Source: Adineta vaga
Lineage: Eukaryota > Animalia > Rotifera
Length of the DNA stretch: 64,000 bases
Assembly (NCBI GenBank): GCA_021613535.1
Contig: CP075497.1
Location: forward strand, 3,968,001 to 4,032,000
Reading direction: 5' to 3'
The position numbers were made by a program, and so were the translations under genes. The notes beneath the pieces were generated by a model. The model was not told the origin of the DNA, searched no databases, and saw nothing but the letters and a program-made list of their open reading frames with translations. Below, in pieces: positions 49,793 through 63,900 of the stretch (position 1 is its first letter; each line of letters opens with the position of its first letter).

Positions 49793-52700
49793 TTACAACA
49801 GACAACAGATTTTTGTACGTTTTTCTCTTGCTGAATTTAATGTTGGTGGATGAGGATTAATAACAACAACAGCTGGATCTTCACCATTATTGAATAAACC
49901 ATTTGCACTACCTTGAGAAGTTTGAAGAGCAACTAATTTTGTCACTGGTGCGTTGCTTACAGTTGGACCACCAATACTGACAGCAGTACCACCACCGATA
50001 CTATTCTTTTTCGTTCGACCACGTTGTTTTTTCTTCAAAAATTCTTTACTTTGAGATTTACTCATCGGATCCGGCTATAACAAAGAAACAAACATAGTTC
50101 ATTCTAAACAATATCACTCTTTCGATCAAGATTATCTAGGGAACTTATATTCTGTGATGTTACTGGTCTATACTGAGTCTCAAAACATGAGGCGCTATGA
50201 CGTTTAACAAGAGCATATTTTTCTTCTACAATCAATGAATTAAATTTGTCTTCTTGTGGACTAAATCTTGAACGTGTTGATGATGTTGACAATGTATTTG
50301 TTAAAAGAGCTTTTGTATAAGCACATTGATGATAAGTTTTATATGTTTGTAGTGAATGTGAAGAAGACTTAATGACCGCACCAGTACAACTACTAATCGA
50401 ATCTCTGAGTTGAATATTTCCATGTGGTGATGGATGATAAACATTGGAACCTCCTCCACCATTTGAATAACTTAATTCACTTTGACGTCGTGTTTCCACA
50501 TATGTTCCTTGAAAATATCGTCGTCGAAAGATTTTAAATAAGCATCGACAAAGAAGTTTACGTAATTCACGACGAAATAATTCTCCGGTAAATGTATATA
50601 AATAAAATCCAAACCCATAATCAAGATTCAATAAAAATCTCATGATTCCATCTAATAGAATTAAATATTTCTGTTCATAATTTAAATAAGGTTCAATGAC
50701 AGAGAAAACTCGTAAAGGAAATGTTAATAATAGAAAAAGAAATGTTGAAACAAATAAAATATATGCCAATTGAGTATCACGTGGTGAACGTGTTTGTCTC
50801 ATACCTAATTTTCTCATTAATAACTGTGATTTACAAACTGAATACATAACATTTGTATTAGCAATTAGAATAATTAGAAATGGGATTAATGAATTAATAA
50901 AAAAATTCATCCAAGAAAAATAGTAGATCAAAAATGATTCATATTTGCTTACAGTTGATCGATTTGTAACGAAACTATACATAGTAATAAATGTCATGTT
51001 CGTTCGATTCAACTTCCATTCATAATTGTTTTCTTGTTTGGATCCAAAAAATAATAAATAATGAATATTTAACAAGAATAGTATGAAATAAATTAAAACT
51101 AATGTACAATACGAATGTTTTCGACTAAAAACATATTGATTCCAAACATAATGTTTCGTCACTGCAGCACGTTCCAGTGATATCGCACAAAGAATCCATA
51201 CAGCACAATGTGAAAAATAACTCGTCAAGAATTTATATATTCGACAGAAAAGTAATGAACGTTGGAAGAAATACGATTGAAATGTATAACGAATAATTAA
51301 ACGAAGACAATTCATTGTAATTAAGATCAAATCCTAAAAGATAACTAAATGAATTTTAGTGCGTTGAAGAAAATACAAAGAAATGCCTGCATTTACCATG
51401 AAACTTTCCGCAATGAAGAGAATTGAACAACCAAATTTTTGGAATTTTTTTCTTGTAAATATTAATATGGTTAATAAGGAGCCAATGAAACCAAATGGAA
51501 ATAAAAACCATGGATAAATTCGATGGAAATTTATATTAAATTTCATAATCGAATCATTGGATATATTCATTGGCATTGAATACAGGTAATAATATTCAAA
51601 ATGTTCAATATTCATTATTAATCTACTCTGATCTTATATCTAGATAACTTTTTCAGATTGTTAAGGAAAAACAACTGATTGTTAATATGATCATCGAGTA
51701 CTTTCTTACCTTATCTAATGATTTCCTATACGAGGTAGAACTTTATGTCCTACGTAGATAGAGAATATTGAGTTTTCTCTAATTGCCTTATGTTATTCAC
51801 CTTGTCTCTCTTCCGGATGCAGAATAATTATTCAAACAAAAATAGAATGAAGAAAATTACAAAATCTAAGAGTAAGATTCTTCCTTTGCAAAAAACTGAT
51901 GACGTGAAAAAAGGGAAAATTTGAATTCAAGATAAAAACAACATTGACGTCGACATGTTCTACTTAATTACTAAAGTCTAGTAAGTTAATATAGATGGAG
52001 ACGATTCTATGAACATGTCCTTATTTCATATTCGAAGCTACTATGTCAACTTTGTTGTCATTCGTCTATTCGATGAAGAGAAAGAAGATTAAGAAAAACA
52101 GAAATGTTAATTATTGATATTCTCAACATGTCATTGCTTAGTTTCCGAGAAAATATTTGTTTAATCTCATCATGAGCAACCAATTCGTTGACTTCTTTTT
52201 TGGAAAAGGAGAAATTTAAAACTTACTAATACCGAATCATTTGTTGTTTGATCAAGTTTTAAATTTTGATGAGAATCAGAAAGTAATGTTGAATCTTTAG
52301 GATACAACAATGGTTTTGTTTTGATTGGTAATAGAGTATTGCATGGATCAGAAAATGCTAGAATAAAAAGAATAAAAATTAATCGAATAGAAGAGACAAT
52401 ATTTACAATGAAATTGACGTGGTGGCGTTTTGGATGTATCGTTTGATGGAATATTGAAGAGACTGAGCATAGCAACACAAGGTGTATTCTGTAAGATAGC
52501 TGCATAACGTGCTATAAGTAAAAAGTTCAGAAGAGATTTAGAACATTTGTCAGATATTATTTCTTACCTCCACTCTGTGAAACAAGTAATTTAACAAGTA
52601 TATGATTGAAATGAAATGTAGCTATTGAAATACCAGTTAATGTGGACCATGCAGAAAGACAACCATCTTGAGAAGCTATAAACAACAAGATATTAATTTG

Positions 52701-55700
52701 AAGAAAAAAGAAGAGATACTATGATAAGAAAAACATCATACCAGTAATTGCAATACTACTATCAATTGTAAATGTAACAGTAACGATGGTATTTTTATGT
52801 CGTGTAAGTTTATGTACAACAGCACCTAGAATTTATAATCAAATTGTTTATTTATTGAAATAAATTGATCTACCATCTTTAAATGACCATAGTAGAGCTT
52901 GACCATCATTATCACCAGTTAATACATGTTTACCATCTTCACTAATTGCAACAGCTGAAATTGATTGTTCATGTTCAACAAGTACCTTAAAATAGATCGT
53001 ATTTTCTCAATCATCTCAGAATAAATTCTTTCTTTTCTACTTGAGTTAATTTTCCCGATGATAATTCCCATAATTTACAACTACAATCTTCTCCACCAGT
53101 TATTAAATATTGTGAATCAGCTCGGAATGCCATACAAGTTATTTTTCCTTCAGTATGATCAATAGAACGTACAACACGTGCATCATCCAATGACCAAATT
53201 TTCAAACTAAAAAGTTCATTCTTTCAAACTCTTGAACAAAAGAAAAATATTATTTACATATTATCACCATTTCCAGATACAACATATTTTCCATCCGGAG
53301 ATACACCTAACATTTTACATGGTACATTAAACTAAAATACATCAAAGTTTTATCGATTCATCCAAATGTATTTTCTCCTTACTGAATCAATTAATTCTCC
53401 TGAATTTGCCCACCATGTTTTTATATAATTTTGGTCATCACTTGATAAAATCTTTCTATTATCTTCTAATATTCTAACATGTGCTATTGCTGCTGAATGT
53501 TCCTAATAAAAATTAATCGGAACGATTATCTCAAACAATATTTTATCCAAAAAAAAAGAAATTCTTACAGTAAATTCTGCAACAATTTCTCCCATTTCAT
53601 TATCGTAGACTTTTACTGTTGTATCTTTGGAGCCTGATAATGAAAATAAATATGAATGTGAAAGTGCTACTTGTGTAACAGGTCCAGCATGATCAGTTGT
53701 ACGTTCAGTAAATTCTCCATCAATTAAATTAAATAATCGTACGCTACCAGCTGCACATCCAACAATCGCAACATCACCTTCACGTGAAATTGACAATGCT
53801 GTAATACAATCTGTTATTGTCAATGGATCATTGGCTTGAAAACCAGTGGATTGTTGTTTAACATTTAAAACATGAATTGCATTCTAGAAAAACAAGCAAT
53901 GCTATGTAAGAAGAAATTCCAAGATTATTTCATACTTCAGCTGCAGAAAAAAGAAAATAATCATCAGCAGATGAATGTAAATCCGTTATAGCTGAATCAT
54001 GATGTGTTAATGTTCGAAGAAGAACTTGTGAACGTAAATTATAAACATAGATATGTGCATTATTACATCCAACATAACAACAAATTGAATCATTTGATAT
54101 TGAAAGACTTGTAACTGCAGATGTATGTCCTTCAAGTTGATGTATATCACTTCCGGTGACAAGTGATTTCACTTGAACTGTATTATTATCACATGAAAGT
54201 AAAATAAATGTATCATCAATTGAAATAGTCATATGTGTTATTGGTGAACCAATTGTATCGATAACATCTAGTAATTGCATACCATGAAATGTCCATCGTT
54301 TTATTGTATGATCACGTGAAGCTAAAGAAGAAAAAAGAAAACTTTATATTTGTAATTTCTTATATTGGATTGAAGAATAAACCTGTGACTAATAATGCAT
54401 CATCTTGTGTAAGTGCAACAGCAGTAACAGCATCGGTATGTTGTTCAATTGAATGTTCAATTTCACCTGTTTCCAAACGAAGAACAATTATTAATCGATC
54501 ACGAGATCCGGTGACAATTTGTTCATTATTATGTGAAACAACCATACAAAGTATTTCATCGTGATGAACACTAAAAGAAAATTGTCATTCAAATTCGTTA
54601 AATCTTATCAATTCATCTGTATATTTACGTATAATTATTTTCCAATTCACCAGAATTTAAATTAAAAACTTTCACAGTTAGATCTTTCGATGATGATACT
54701 AAATATTTATTATTATGTGTTAATTGTATACGTGTAATCATTGATGTATGACCTACAAATACCATAGAATTTCTTTTATCATCAATTTAAATCATTTTTT
54801 CATACCAGTAAACTTTTTGACAAGTTTCTTCGATGGTATATGATACATAGCTATTTCATTGGAACGTGTTGTACAAAATACATGTTGATTATATGTTGTT
54901 GGTACTATTTTAAATGCCCCTTCAACACACGGTAATACTGTTATTGTCAAGGGTGGAATCGTTGTAATCCATGAAGATAATGGAACGAAAACAGATGCAT
55001 TAGATGTATCACACCACTCATGAGCTTGAGCAAATAAGATTTCAATATGTTCATTATAATGTTGTTTGATACTTTTTAAACGTAAAATCATTTCACCAGC
55101 GAGAAGAATAGGATTACGAGAAACAATATGAACAATATTTTTTAAAATCGTTTGAACAAGAAGTACGTCAGCATCTAAGATATTACTACAAACTACATCT
55201 AGTTCCCATAAGACTTGTTCAATAGATGAACCATGAATTTTTGCTAAGAGATATTCGAAACAACATAATGTGAATTCTTTTAAACGATCCACATCACCTA
55301 AATCAATCAAAATGTAATCAAAATCTGCTAAGAAAAAACAACATACCAGAATGCATCAATTGATACCATAATTCACCTAAACGTCGATAATTATATGCTG
55401 TTTCGGAATAGAGAAGTGGTTGTTGTAAAATAAAACGACGACCACTATCACCTCTACAAAATAGAAAAGTTTTTTTTCCATTTTTCAGATATCATTTCTT
55501 TCATACCTAATTTGAATATTTCGTGTCATATCAATTAATGGTTTTGATTCAATGAATGCTTCAAGAAAATAATTAGCTATATCTCGATGTGAAATCCGAA
55601 TATCTTCAACTTTTCTTAAATATTTTTGTTTCATTTGTCGACGAATAAATGAATGACTCCAACAAATAACAACTTTTAAATCAAAATATTTCACTGTCAA

Positions 55701-58700
55701 TAATGGACCTATTCTCAATAAAGATATAAATATAAATTCAAAAAAAAAGAACACTTTTTGTTTATCAACTTACCTAAAGTATATTTCATTGCAATCCATA
55801 AGGATGGAGGAAAACGTAAGTATTTCGGTAGATCTTTTTGAAAGTATTCGAGAAAAAAATCATTATTACATGATAAAATATCTAATAATTCCACTTCATT
55901 TATTCCTGCTTGAGATGAACTAATATAATTGAATACAAAAGCACAAATTTTCGGTCCAAATTTTCGTTCACAATGATCTATAGAATAACAAAAATCAATC
56001 TATTGTTGTCGTTAATCTCATTCAAAAGAAGAAATCATTTACCAATGTATGCATTTAAAATCTCTTCCGTATTCAATTCGGAAAGATCTAATTTCTTTTT
56101 TCGTTGTGAAATATAACTAAAATAACTTTCATTTAAAACCAATCGAAGAAGAAAAAATATTTGCGATTGTTTATCTAATTGTTGATATATACATTTTGAA
56201 AGCGCTTGTAAAACAGAATCAGTTACATTGCGTTTGATTGAATTCAATTCAGATTTAATATATAAAGATAAATCACGAATATTGATTGTTTCAATAGAAA
56301 AGGGTAATTCAATAATACATTCATCTTTTTCTAATCGTTCGAGCATTTCACGAATTTGAATGTCAGGATGAGGAGTTGAATGCATATTTCGACTAACGGA
56401 TAGAATTACATAAATCTACAGAAGAAGAAGAAGAAGAAGAAAAAAACAGTCCTGACAACTTGACAAGAAATGATATCTACATACTTGTGGTGGTAATAAT
56501 TGAAGTAATGTTTGATAATATGACATTGATGATGTATATTGATTTGAAGGTGCTGCTTCTTCTATTCCATCAATAACAAGAATAAGTGGTTTTTGACTTT
56601 TTGATAAACTTGTTAAAACTGATTGATAATATTCGATTTGATCTAATTGTGAAACATTCGATAGAGAAGGTGCTTGTTGTAATGTACTCATTTGTGTACA
56701 TATTGATGCAAATAATTCTACAAGATTTCGTGATCGAGAAGTAAGATTAAAATAACGTATAATACATTGAGAATTTGTTCCTAAGAGATTCAATAAGAAT
56801 TGAGCAATTTTTGTGCATAATAAAGTTTTTCCCGATGCTCGACTACCAACGATCATTAATGGATAATGTTCTTTGATATCTGCTGAGATTAACCATTGTT
56901 TAAATGAATGATTATTTTCAAGAAAATTTTCTACACCTAAACAAGTATGTGAAGATAATTTGGAACAATGTGTAAGATGAACAAGTGATTCATCGTAAAG
57001 AATTTGTTCGGGACGTGAGAGATGATGTGAAATAGATAAATTTAAATGATGTTCACAAGAGGATTTTATTCGAAGAAATACTGCTGCATTTAAAGTACGT
57101 AAATAACGTTGATAATCAACATCATCAAATTGAAAATCTCCATTTTCTTTCCATGGTATGCTAAATGCTGCGCAATTATCTTCCGTATGATAATCATTGT
57201 CACCATGAGATGAGAATTTATGTGTGATCGATTCACGAAAACGTTTCAATTTTTCTTGTCGAGTTTTATCCAAACGATTCGTTCCAGTAAGTAAATCAAT
57301 ATACGATTCATTACCTTTACTTTTTTCATTTAAACCTAAAAAAAGGAAATTTTCTAATTGATTTAAAACAAAGAGTAAAGAAGGTTGTGAAGTTTAAAAT
57401 AATTATCTTCTTTTAGATTGAAAAAAGAAAAAACTAAGTCAATTTCTATTTTTAACATTATCTATTGAAGAGAAAAATAAAATTTAGTATCATTAGTATT
57501 TGTAGAGAAGTATGTGACAAGTTACTAATTATAAGGTCTCATTATTTTAATGAAGAAATTGTCTAAGAGATTGCGTTGTATCAAGAGATGGTTTGTAATA
57601 GTTTTAGGTACTGATGAAGACGAAAGACTAGAAAAATTTGAATAGTTTTTTGTTTCTCAAGAAAATCAGCTTTGATGATGAGACGAAGCTTAAATTTTCT
57701 TTGACAGGCTTTTCTCATCATGTTTTAGTCTATCAGAATTAATTTGATTCGATTGAATTATCTTCTAAAGAAGCAAGTAAAAAGGCTGAATAATATCTCA
57801 TGTCACAACCATTAATCAATTAATTCAAAAGGAAAAGTTTTGCTTTGATAAAATCTCAAAATAAAATCGGAACGTTCGTTAGAATTTAATATTTATCTCA
57901 ATTTCATTTGGAAAAACGAAAATGAAAGATTTCTAATCAATCGGATACGAAGTAACATCGTAACAGGAAATAAATCAGATAGACGTGCATACCATCATAT
58001 TGTCTAAAGATGCACATGCAACCGGATGACGATAGTTTGGCTGCATAATTGAACAGCATTTCAACGCCGGAAAGCAATGGAATATCTTGTAATGATGATG
58101 TGTCATGTTTAGACTTTAAATTAGATTTTTCATGAAGAACACTGGTGAATAAATCAGTTAAACTTTGATAAACATCATTCCATTCTTGATATTCACGAAG
58201 ACTTATATCGTAAGTTGAAGTTGATCGAGATAAAATATTTGGAAAATCTTCATCAGGATCTTTTAGTTTAAAAGCCGGTGGTGATAATTTATCATCCAGT
58301 AAATACCATCGTTCGAGTAATTTCACATCTGACGTAAAAGGTTTCCATAGATTCGAGAAAAAAAACAATTTAATTAAAATCATTTACCTTTATTCAAATC
58401 TGATGCAGCATTTTTAATATTATTAAAATCTGTTGTTGATAATTCAATTGGTAAGACAATTGAACCATACTTATTACCAACAAAACTCTAAAAATCTTTT
58501 GAAAACGACTCTTCATTCTTTGTTGAATTCAACTTACCAAGAAAAATAAACCAGTAGATGTTCGATAAGCATCATGAATTTCTTTCATATACCGTAAAAC
58601 ATGATATGGATTTCGATAGGGATCAAGATCCCAATTCAGATTACAATCAATAAAATTTATATAGATGCCTTGCGTTAAAAAATATTGTTGTAATTTCGGT

Positions 58701-58940
58701 AAAGTTTCCGTTGTTAACATAAGACGTTCGTTAACAAATTCTACGAAAGAAAACAAACAAAGAAATCAATCGAATCAGTGATACTTTCCTTTAATTACCA
58801 TCTTTATTTGATATAATAAGTATTTTAATTTGATTCCAAATTAATTTCGGTAATTGTTTCTCAGGAAATAAAACCTTTCCTTGCATTACATTGGTGTAGG
58901 TATCCAAAGCATTATTCTTAGTGACATGACCAGACACCAT
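49793..58940 (-). CDS. NWD2/QUI-1-like STAND protein: DUF4062-like N-terminus, NACHT-type NTPase, many WD40 repeats, C-terminal CaaX-like motif
   Basis: N-terminal ER..L....LP.LQ.Y and FVGNKYG..LP; ERWYLLD; Walker A GSRASGKT; IIRYF..T; Walker B LILVIDGIE; LRFPPSLW; YNLRRL.ELWY.L; a run of GH/H...D..(V/I)K.W repeats. Exon ~52226-52357 ends in phase 0 and matches the phase-0 terminal exon 49793-50074 (..KRTKICCLL*). Confidence 0.85.
50104..51615 (-). CDS. Class A peptide-receptor-like GPCR, 2 exons, apparently nested in the last intron of the NWD gene
   Basis: 7 TM segments: FPFGFIGSLLTILIF, ESFM|DLIL, FCRIYKFL, WILCAISLER, LLNIHYL, NSLIPF.II...N, FLLLTFP, YGFGFYLYTFTGELFRREL. Confidence 0.9.
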
Positions 58941-61134
58941 GATTGAAAAAAAAAACAATTTGATCGATTCTTCTTTTTTTCGGTTTAACTATGATGTCAT
59001 TTGCTTGTCACGATTTGATCTCTACGTAACAAAAACGAAGAAAACATGATAGTAAAGATTTATCATATAAATATATGAAACAAGTGGCTATAGACACAAA
59101 CGCAGTTGTTGAAAACATTTCTAAACTTAATCTTCCTTTTCTCTCCTTCTCATTCTCAATTCTCTAGTTTTAATATAGATGAAGAAAAGAGAATGACTGA
59201 ACTAATGACGGTAGTCTTTTATTTTGATGGTCGTCACAATGTTTTTTCTTCTCTTATAATACACAAGTTTTTTTTCTTCTTCTCCTCTTAGTTTTGCCTC
59301 TGACAGATTCTAAGTGCATCATTAATCAAGATGCCAGAAAAGAACACTATGACAATGTGTCACTTCTACAGTTAACGACGGAAATGAAGAGAAAAAACCT
59401 GGTAACGGAAAAAATGGATTTGTTTATATTTGTCTGTCGATGATGATAGTTGTTATAGTAGCATTGATAGTTTAATAATTGTCTGTTTTGATTTGATTCA
59501 ATCAAGTGATTGTATTTTTATTTTCTCGATTACTTGTATAGAAGATCTCAAGAGACTCTCTTCTTCATTATTATATCATCAATAAAAGACATGAATATAT
59601 AATTAAGTACGTACGAGATATGTGACTATTTAAAAGAAGTTAATCACACTGATATAAAAACGTGATTGAAAATCGTAGTTAATAGCTACTAAAAACAAGA
59701 TTTATATGAACACATTATTTTTCTCGTATTATCGACCATCTTCATCTCTGTCTCTGTCTCTCTCTCTCTCATCTGTCTCTTATTACCCTTTCTCTTCTCA
59801 GCTTTGGGCGTTTCTGAGTTTTTCTTTCTCAATAACTCGTATCTTTCGAGCATAGTTGATAAGCAGTAACAGCAATAACAAAAGCTTGAATGTAAAGACA
59901 AAGTAGGCGTCTTTTTTATATCGCGTGTTCCAGTAGCATCCAACATTTCTTTCAGTTCTTCGCTTCGTATTGACGTTGAGCTGCAAAACGACACTGATGA
60001 AGAGTAGGCACATTAATGTCGTCAATAGATAGCAACAGGAAAGTTCAAATACTCTCTAAGTCTTACCAACATCATATAATAAACTAACAAAAACTAGCTG
60101 TGTTTCTGCTTTTCTTTTACTCTTTGTCGGAACTATCATGTTGCACTCATGAGAAAAAGAAAGAAATGATAAAAGAAGAGATTTCTCTCGTCGTTTTATT
60201 CTTCATTTTTTTTCTTGAACGGATGAGCCGATTACGATAGAAAATAGATGCAACAGTATGACTCGATTATATATTATTTTTTTTTAAAAAGAATTGCTGT
60301 CGTTGTTACTGTCGCAACCAGTAATAATGTCTTAGTTCTGTCAAGCATAAAAGAGAGACAAGAGAGAAACTAGAAAAGAAGAAATGTAATTACCATCTTG
60401 GGGAGAATAAAAGTCGCCTAGATTTATTTGACATTATTCAATTCGGAAATGTTAAGAAAGTTCACTTCGCTTGCATATGTATCTTCAAGTATTTCAAGCA
60501 GAATGAATGAAACTTGTTGGAAAAGAAAACGAATTTATCTCTATTTATATTTATTATAATGATAATTTTCCTATAACATATGTAAAATATGTTTTCGCTT
60601 CATTTTATCTGACACGTTCTTACTAATTGTTCTATGAACAATAAATTGTCTATACGTGTCACTTTTCTGTACGAATGTAGTGAAACCTAATTAAATTACA
60701 AACAATTTCTAAGAAGATAAAATAGCAATAGAAAATGGTTTGTTTGTTTGTTTGTTTTGTGTGATTTAGTAATTGAATTCAATCTGATTCTGTATGACAA
60801 GATGCTTAACAATATTAAAAAGTAATTGACTTTCGAGAAGTAGTGTCATCTTGAAAGAAGATGTCTTACGTTTATCATCATTCTTTCTTCACTTCTATTC
60901 ATTCATTCGTTTGATTGATTTCTGTCGAATTGGAAAATTCTTTCGAAGAACGAACGAACAACGTCTTTTGCTTGTCATCTCGTTATTAATTTGAAATACA
61001 TCTATGTTTATCGTACAACTTGAAAGATTGTTTTCCATGTTCATTCGAATAGAAGTTTTACGGAAAACTCTCATTATGTCATTTCAGATGTTTCATATTT
61101 TCTACTCTAAAATGCATATGTTTTGTTTGTGATT

Positions 61135-62087
61135 ATGATGCGAGATAATGTAATACCATTAACTGAAATTGATGTAAGTTTACATAAATAAATAATTAAA
61201 AAAGAACAAGAAGATTTTGTTTTTCTAGTCTTTATCGAAAGAAATTGAGTGTTTAATGTGTCTTAATCTAGTGAATGATTCTCGTATGTGTATTCATTGT
61301 TCAGCTATTGTTTGTGTTCAATGTATTGAAGTAGATTTTCATATATCTATGTAATTTTATAAGCAATTCTTTGTTATAGAATTGGCTTAAGATACAGAAA
61401 TCATGTCCAAAATGTTCGTAAGTTATGATCTTATGTTAATTATTTCTATGATGTGATTTTTATTTGAAAGACATACAGTAGAACAAAAAGATTTTGTTAA
61501 ATGTCGATTAGCGAATAAACTTGTTGATTTCATTGAAATATCAAAAGATAATTGGTAAGAAAATAATGATAAATTCGTTTTATTTGTATTCGAGTTTTTT
61601 TGTAGTTCAAAAGTTGCTTCTTCACAAACCGTTTCAACGAATGATGATTATAAAGAGATTATGACATTGAATTATAAACTCTTGGATTTTATTAGAAAGA
61701 GATGTAAATCTTATGAAGAAAATCTTGCTACAATTGTAAGTTTTCTTATCAAATAATCTTCTTCATATTGTTTATTAGGAATTAACTATTCGAATGTTAA
61801 CCAATAATTCTAATGAAAATCTCAAAGTAACAGATGTGTTACTGAAAAATCCAGAAGATTCTTTTGACGCTTATCAAAGTAAAAGAAGAATTCAATGGAT
61901 TTATATATAAATATGTAACTATGTAGAAAAGAAACAAGTCTATACTGATGCAATTAGAACTGATCAATTATTGATAAATGATATGGAACATCGTCTTAAT
62001 GAAAGTAAAACTTTATCTAAGCAAGAAGAAATTCTTCAAATTCTACAAAAACATATTCCGTCGAAAATTCCATTGAAAGATAATTAA
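61135..62087 (+). CDS. RING-finger protein with TRIM37-type RING and short coiled coil, 7 short exons (missed by ORF track)
   Basis: MMRDNVIPLTEID|SLSKEIECLMCLNLVNDSRMCIHCSAIVCVQCIE|NWLKIQKSCPKCS|HTVEQKDFVKCRLANKL...|...HIPSKIPLKDN*. Confidence 0.75.
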
Positions 62088-62373
62088 TATGTTTGTTTGA
62101 TTTGTTTATTTCTGAGTTGATTTAGAAATAACATGTGAAATGATATCAAAATATTTTTCAATAAACTGTTGTTCATTTATTATTTATGATTTGTAAAATA
62201 TAAGACATTTAGACATGCTTATAGGGAATTCATTTTTTTTAGAATTGACTTTAAAGACTTGCATTACTAAAATTAACAACGTATGAATGTAAACTATTGA
62301 AATAAATTGTGCAGTTTTAATCGAAAGAGAAAGTAACAAACGAAAAGGCTTCTTATACAAGAAAATAATTGGT

Positions 62374-62886
62374 TTAAGTGTTGATAACAGCTACTTCTGT
62401 TTTCCTCTTTTTTGGTGGTTTGATTGACTTTTGCGGTGTTCGACAATATTTGATACCACATATGATAAAACCAGTGCCAAGAGAGAGAGCAGAAAGACCG
62501 CCAGTAATATACCAAAGTAAACGTGACATTTTCCCACCACAATGAGCAACATGTTCCGTTGGACAAGTCATTAATGGTGTAGGTGATACAAGTGTTAAAA
62601 CGTAATCCCAAGCACCACGAATCGTATCAATTTCAATATTTGTATAACATTTCGTACATGTTGTAGTTGTATTATAATAGCGAGGTTTTCGATTAACATC
62701 TGTTGTATATTTGAAATAAACATTCAATGGATTGAGACAATGTTTTGATATAGAAATATTAAAACGAACTGTATCATCAGTACATTTCGAATTGATGATA
62801 CATATTTCACAATATTTAAGTTGTTTGACTGTAATCGTCTGACCAGAAATGATAAAGCATGCAACAAATAAAATGACGTTAATCAT
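62374..62886 (-). CDS. Orphan type I membrane protein: signal peptide, Cys-rich ectodomain, TM, basic tail; intronless
   Basis: 170-aa ORF: MINVILFVACFIISG signal, 8 ectodomain Cys, TM LLWYITGGLSALSLGTGFIICGI, tail KPPKKRK. Confidence 0.65.
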   Translation of the reverse strand: MINVILFVACFIISGQTITVKQLKYCEICIINSKCTDDTVRFNISISKHCLNPLNVYFKYTTDVNRKPRYYNTTTTCTKCYTNIEIDTIRGAWDYVLTLVSPTPLMTCPTEHVAHCGGKMSRLLWYITGGLSALSLGTGFIICGIKYCRTPQKSIKPPKKRKTEVAVINT

Positions 62887-63429
62887 AACAAAAATATTAA
62901 GTAAATGTTGCTAATATTTTGAATTTTGTTTCTTTTCCTTTTCTTATCTTAACAACGAAAAAGGTGTTCTTCATCGTCATAGTTTAGTTCGTAATCATAT
63001 TTAGAAAACTTTGTTATATCATTCTCATCACATGGCACAGCAGCAGCAGTAGTAGTAGTTCTTTTAAAACCAACATTGTACACTGCTTGAAATATAATTT
63101 CCTGCTATCTATACGATAGTTGAGTTCTAAAACTTAATTAAATTCGTATATATTTTCTGATTTTATTGGCGTTGCTATCGACTTTATAGGAATGGAAGGC
63201 AAATATTCGTTTTCATTATGTATTTCAGTACTCTGATGTTTTCTTGATTTCAATCGTTTACGACTAAATAGTTTTATAATTATATCACATTTTCATATCC
63301 ATACTTTTCCTTCGCTTTTGATCCATCCGAACAACAGATATACCAAGCTTGGAATCAGAAAGATAATGATAATACTCAACATTCATTTATCTATGATTTT
63401 TACAATCAAATAAATCAGAATTTTGTTAT

Positions 63430-63900
63430 TGTGTGTTTTTTTTCAACATAATATCATCAGCAAGCAAAAAAAAAGAGAAAAGAAAGAAGAAAAATGTTCA
63501 AAGGGCCACAATGAGAACAACAACAACAACAACAAAAGCGGACAAATGTATATATATATATATGCAAGGATTTCCTTCTGCTCTTTTTTATACAACAGAA
63601 AGAGTACAAGTCGTCCACAACAACGGTTATGCAGTGTGTAACAAAGAAAGAGTAAACAAAAAAAAGAAGACAATGACAAAAGACAAATTGACAGCAAAAT
63701 AACTGTTCGAATAAGAGAGAATGTTAGAATAAGAGACAGAAAGAGAAGAAGAGAAGAAAACGAAACAAAGAAAATTCCTGACAGAAAAAACGCCTCATAC
63801 GGCAAATAAGCTATTTTCATAGAAAATAGACAAGAAAAGAAAATGTTTCATATGGATATAAACAAAACAGCAAAGAAAAAGAAATTTCTTATCAATACGT
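63430..63900 (-). other. Low-complexity U-rich (on - strand) tract, probably the 3' UTR of a gene beyond the window end
   Basis: A/GA-rich on + strand with (CAA)n and (TA)n microsatellites. It mirrors the composition of the CELF 3' UTR. Confidence 0.4.

Noticed and set aside
57337-57991. Long NWD intron as a possible hidden exon or transposon
   Set aside because: Flanking exons join in frame without it. No terminal repeats, target-site duplication or convincing ORF were seen.
59000-61100. 2-kb gene-free region with short ORFs (59689-60025)
   Set aside because: ORFs are built from CT/GA microsatellite-like sequence. The region is more simply explained as divergent promoter/5' UTR space.
63423-63820. 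Three overlapping ORFs at the window end
   Set aside because: Low-complexity A/T-rich microsatellite sequence; compositionally biased translations with no domain.
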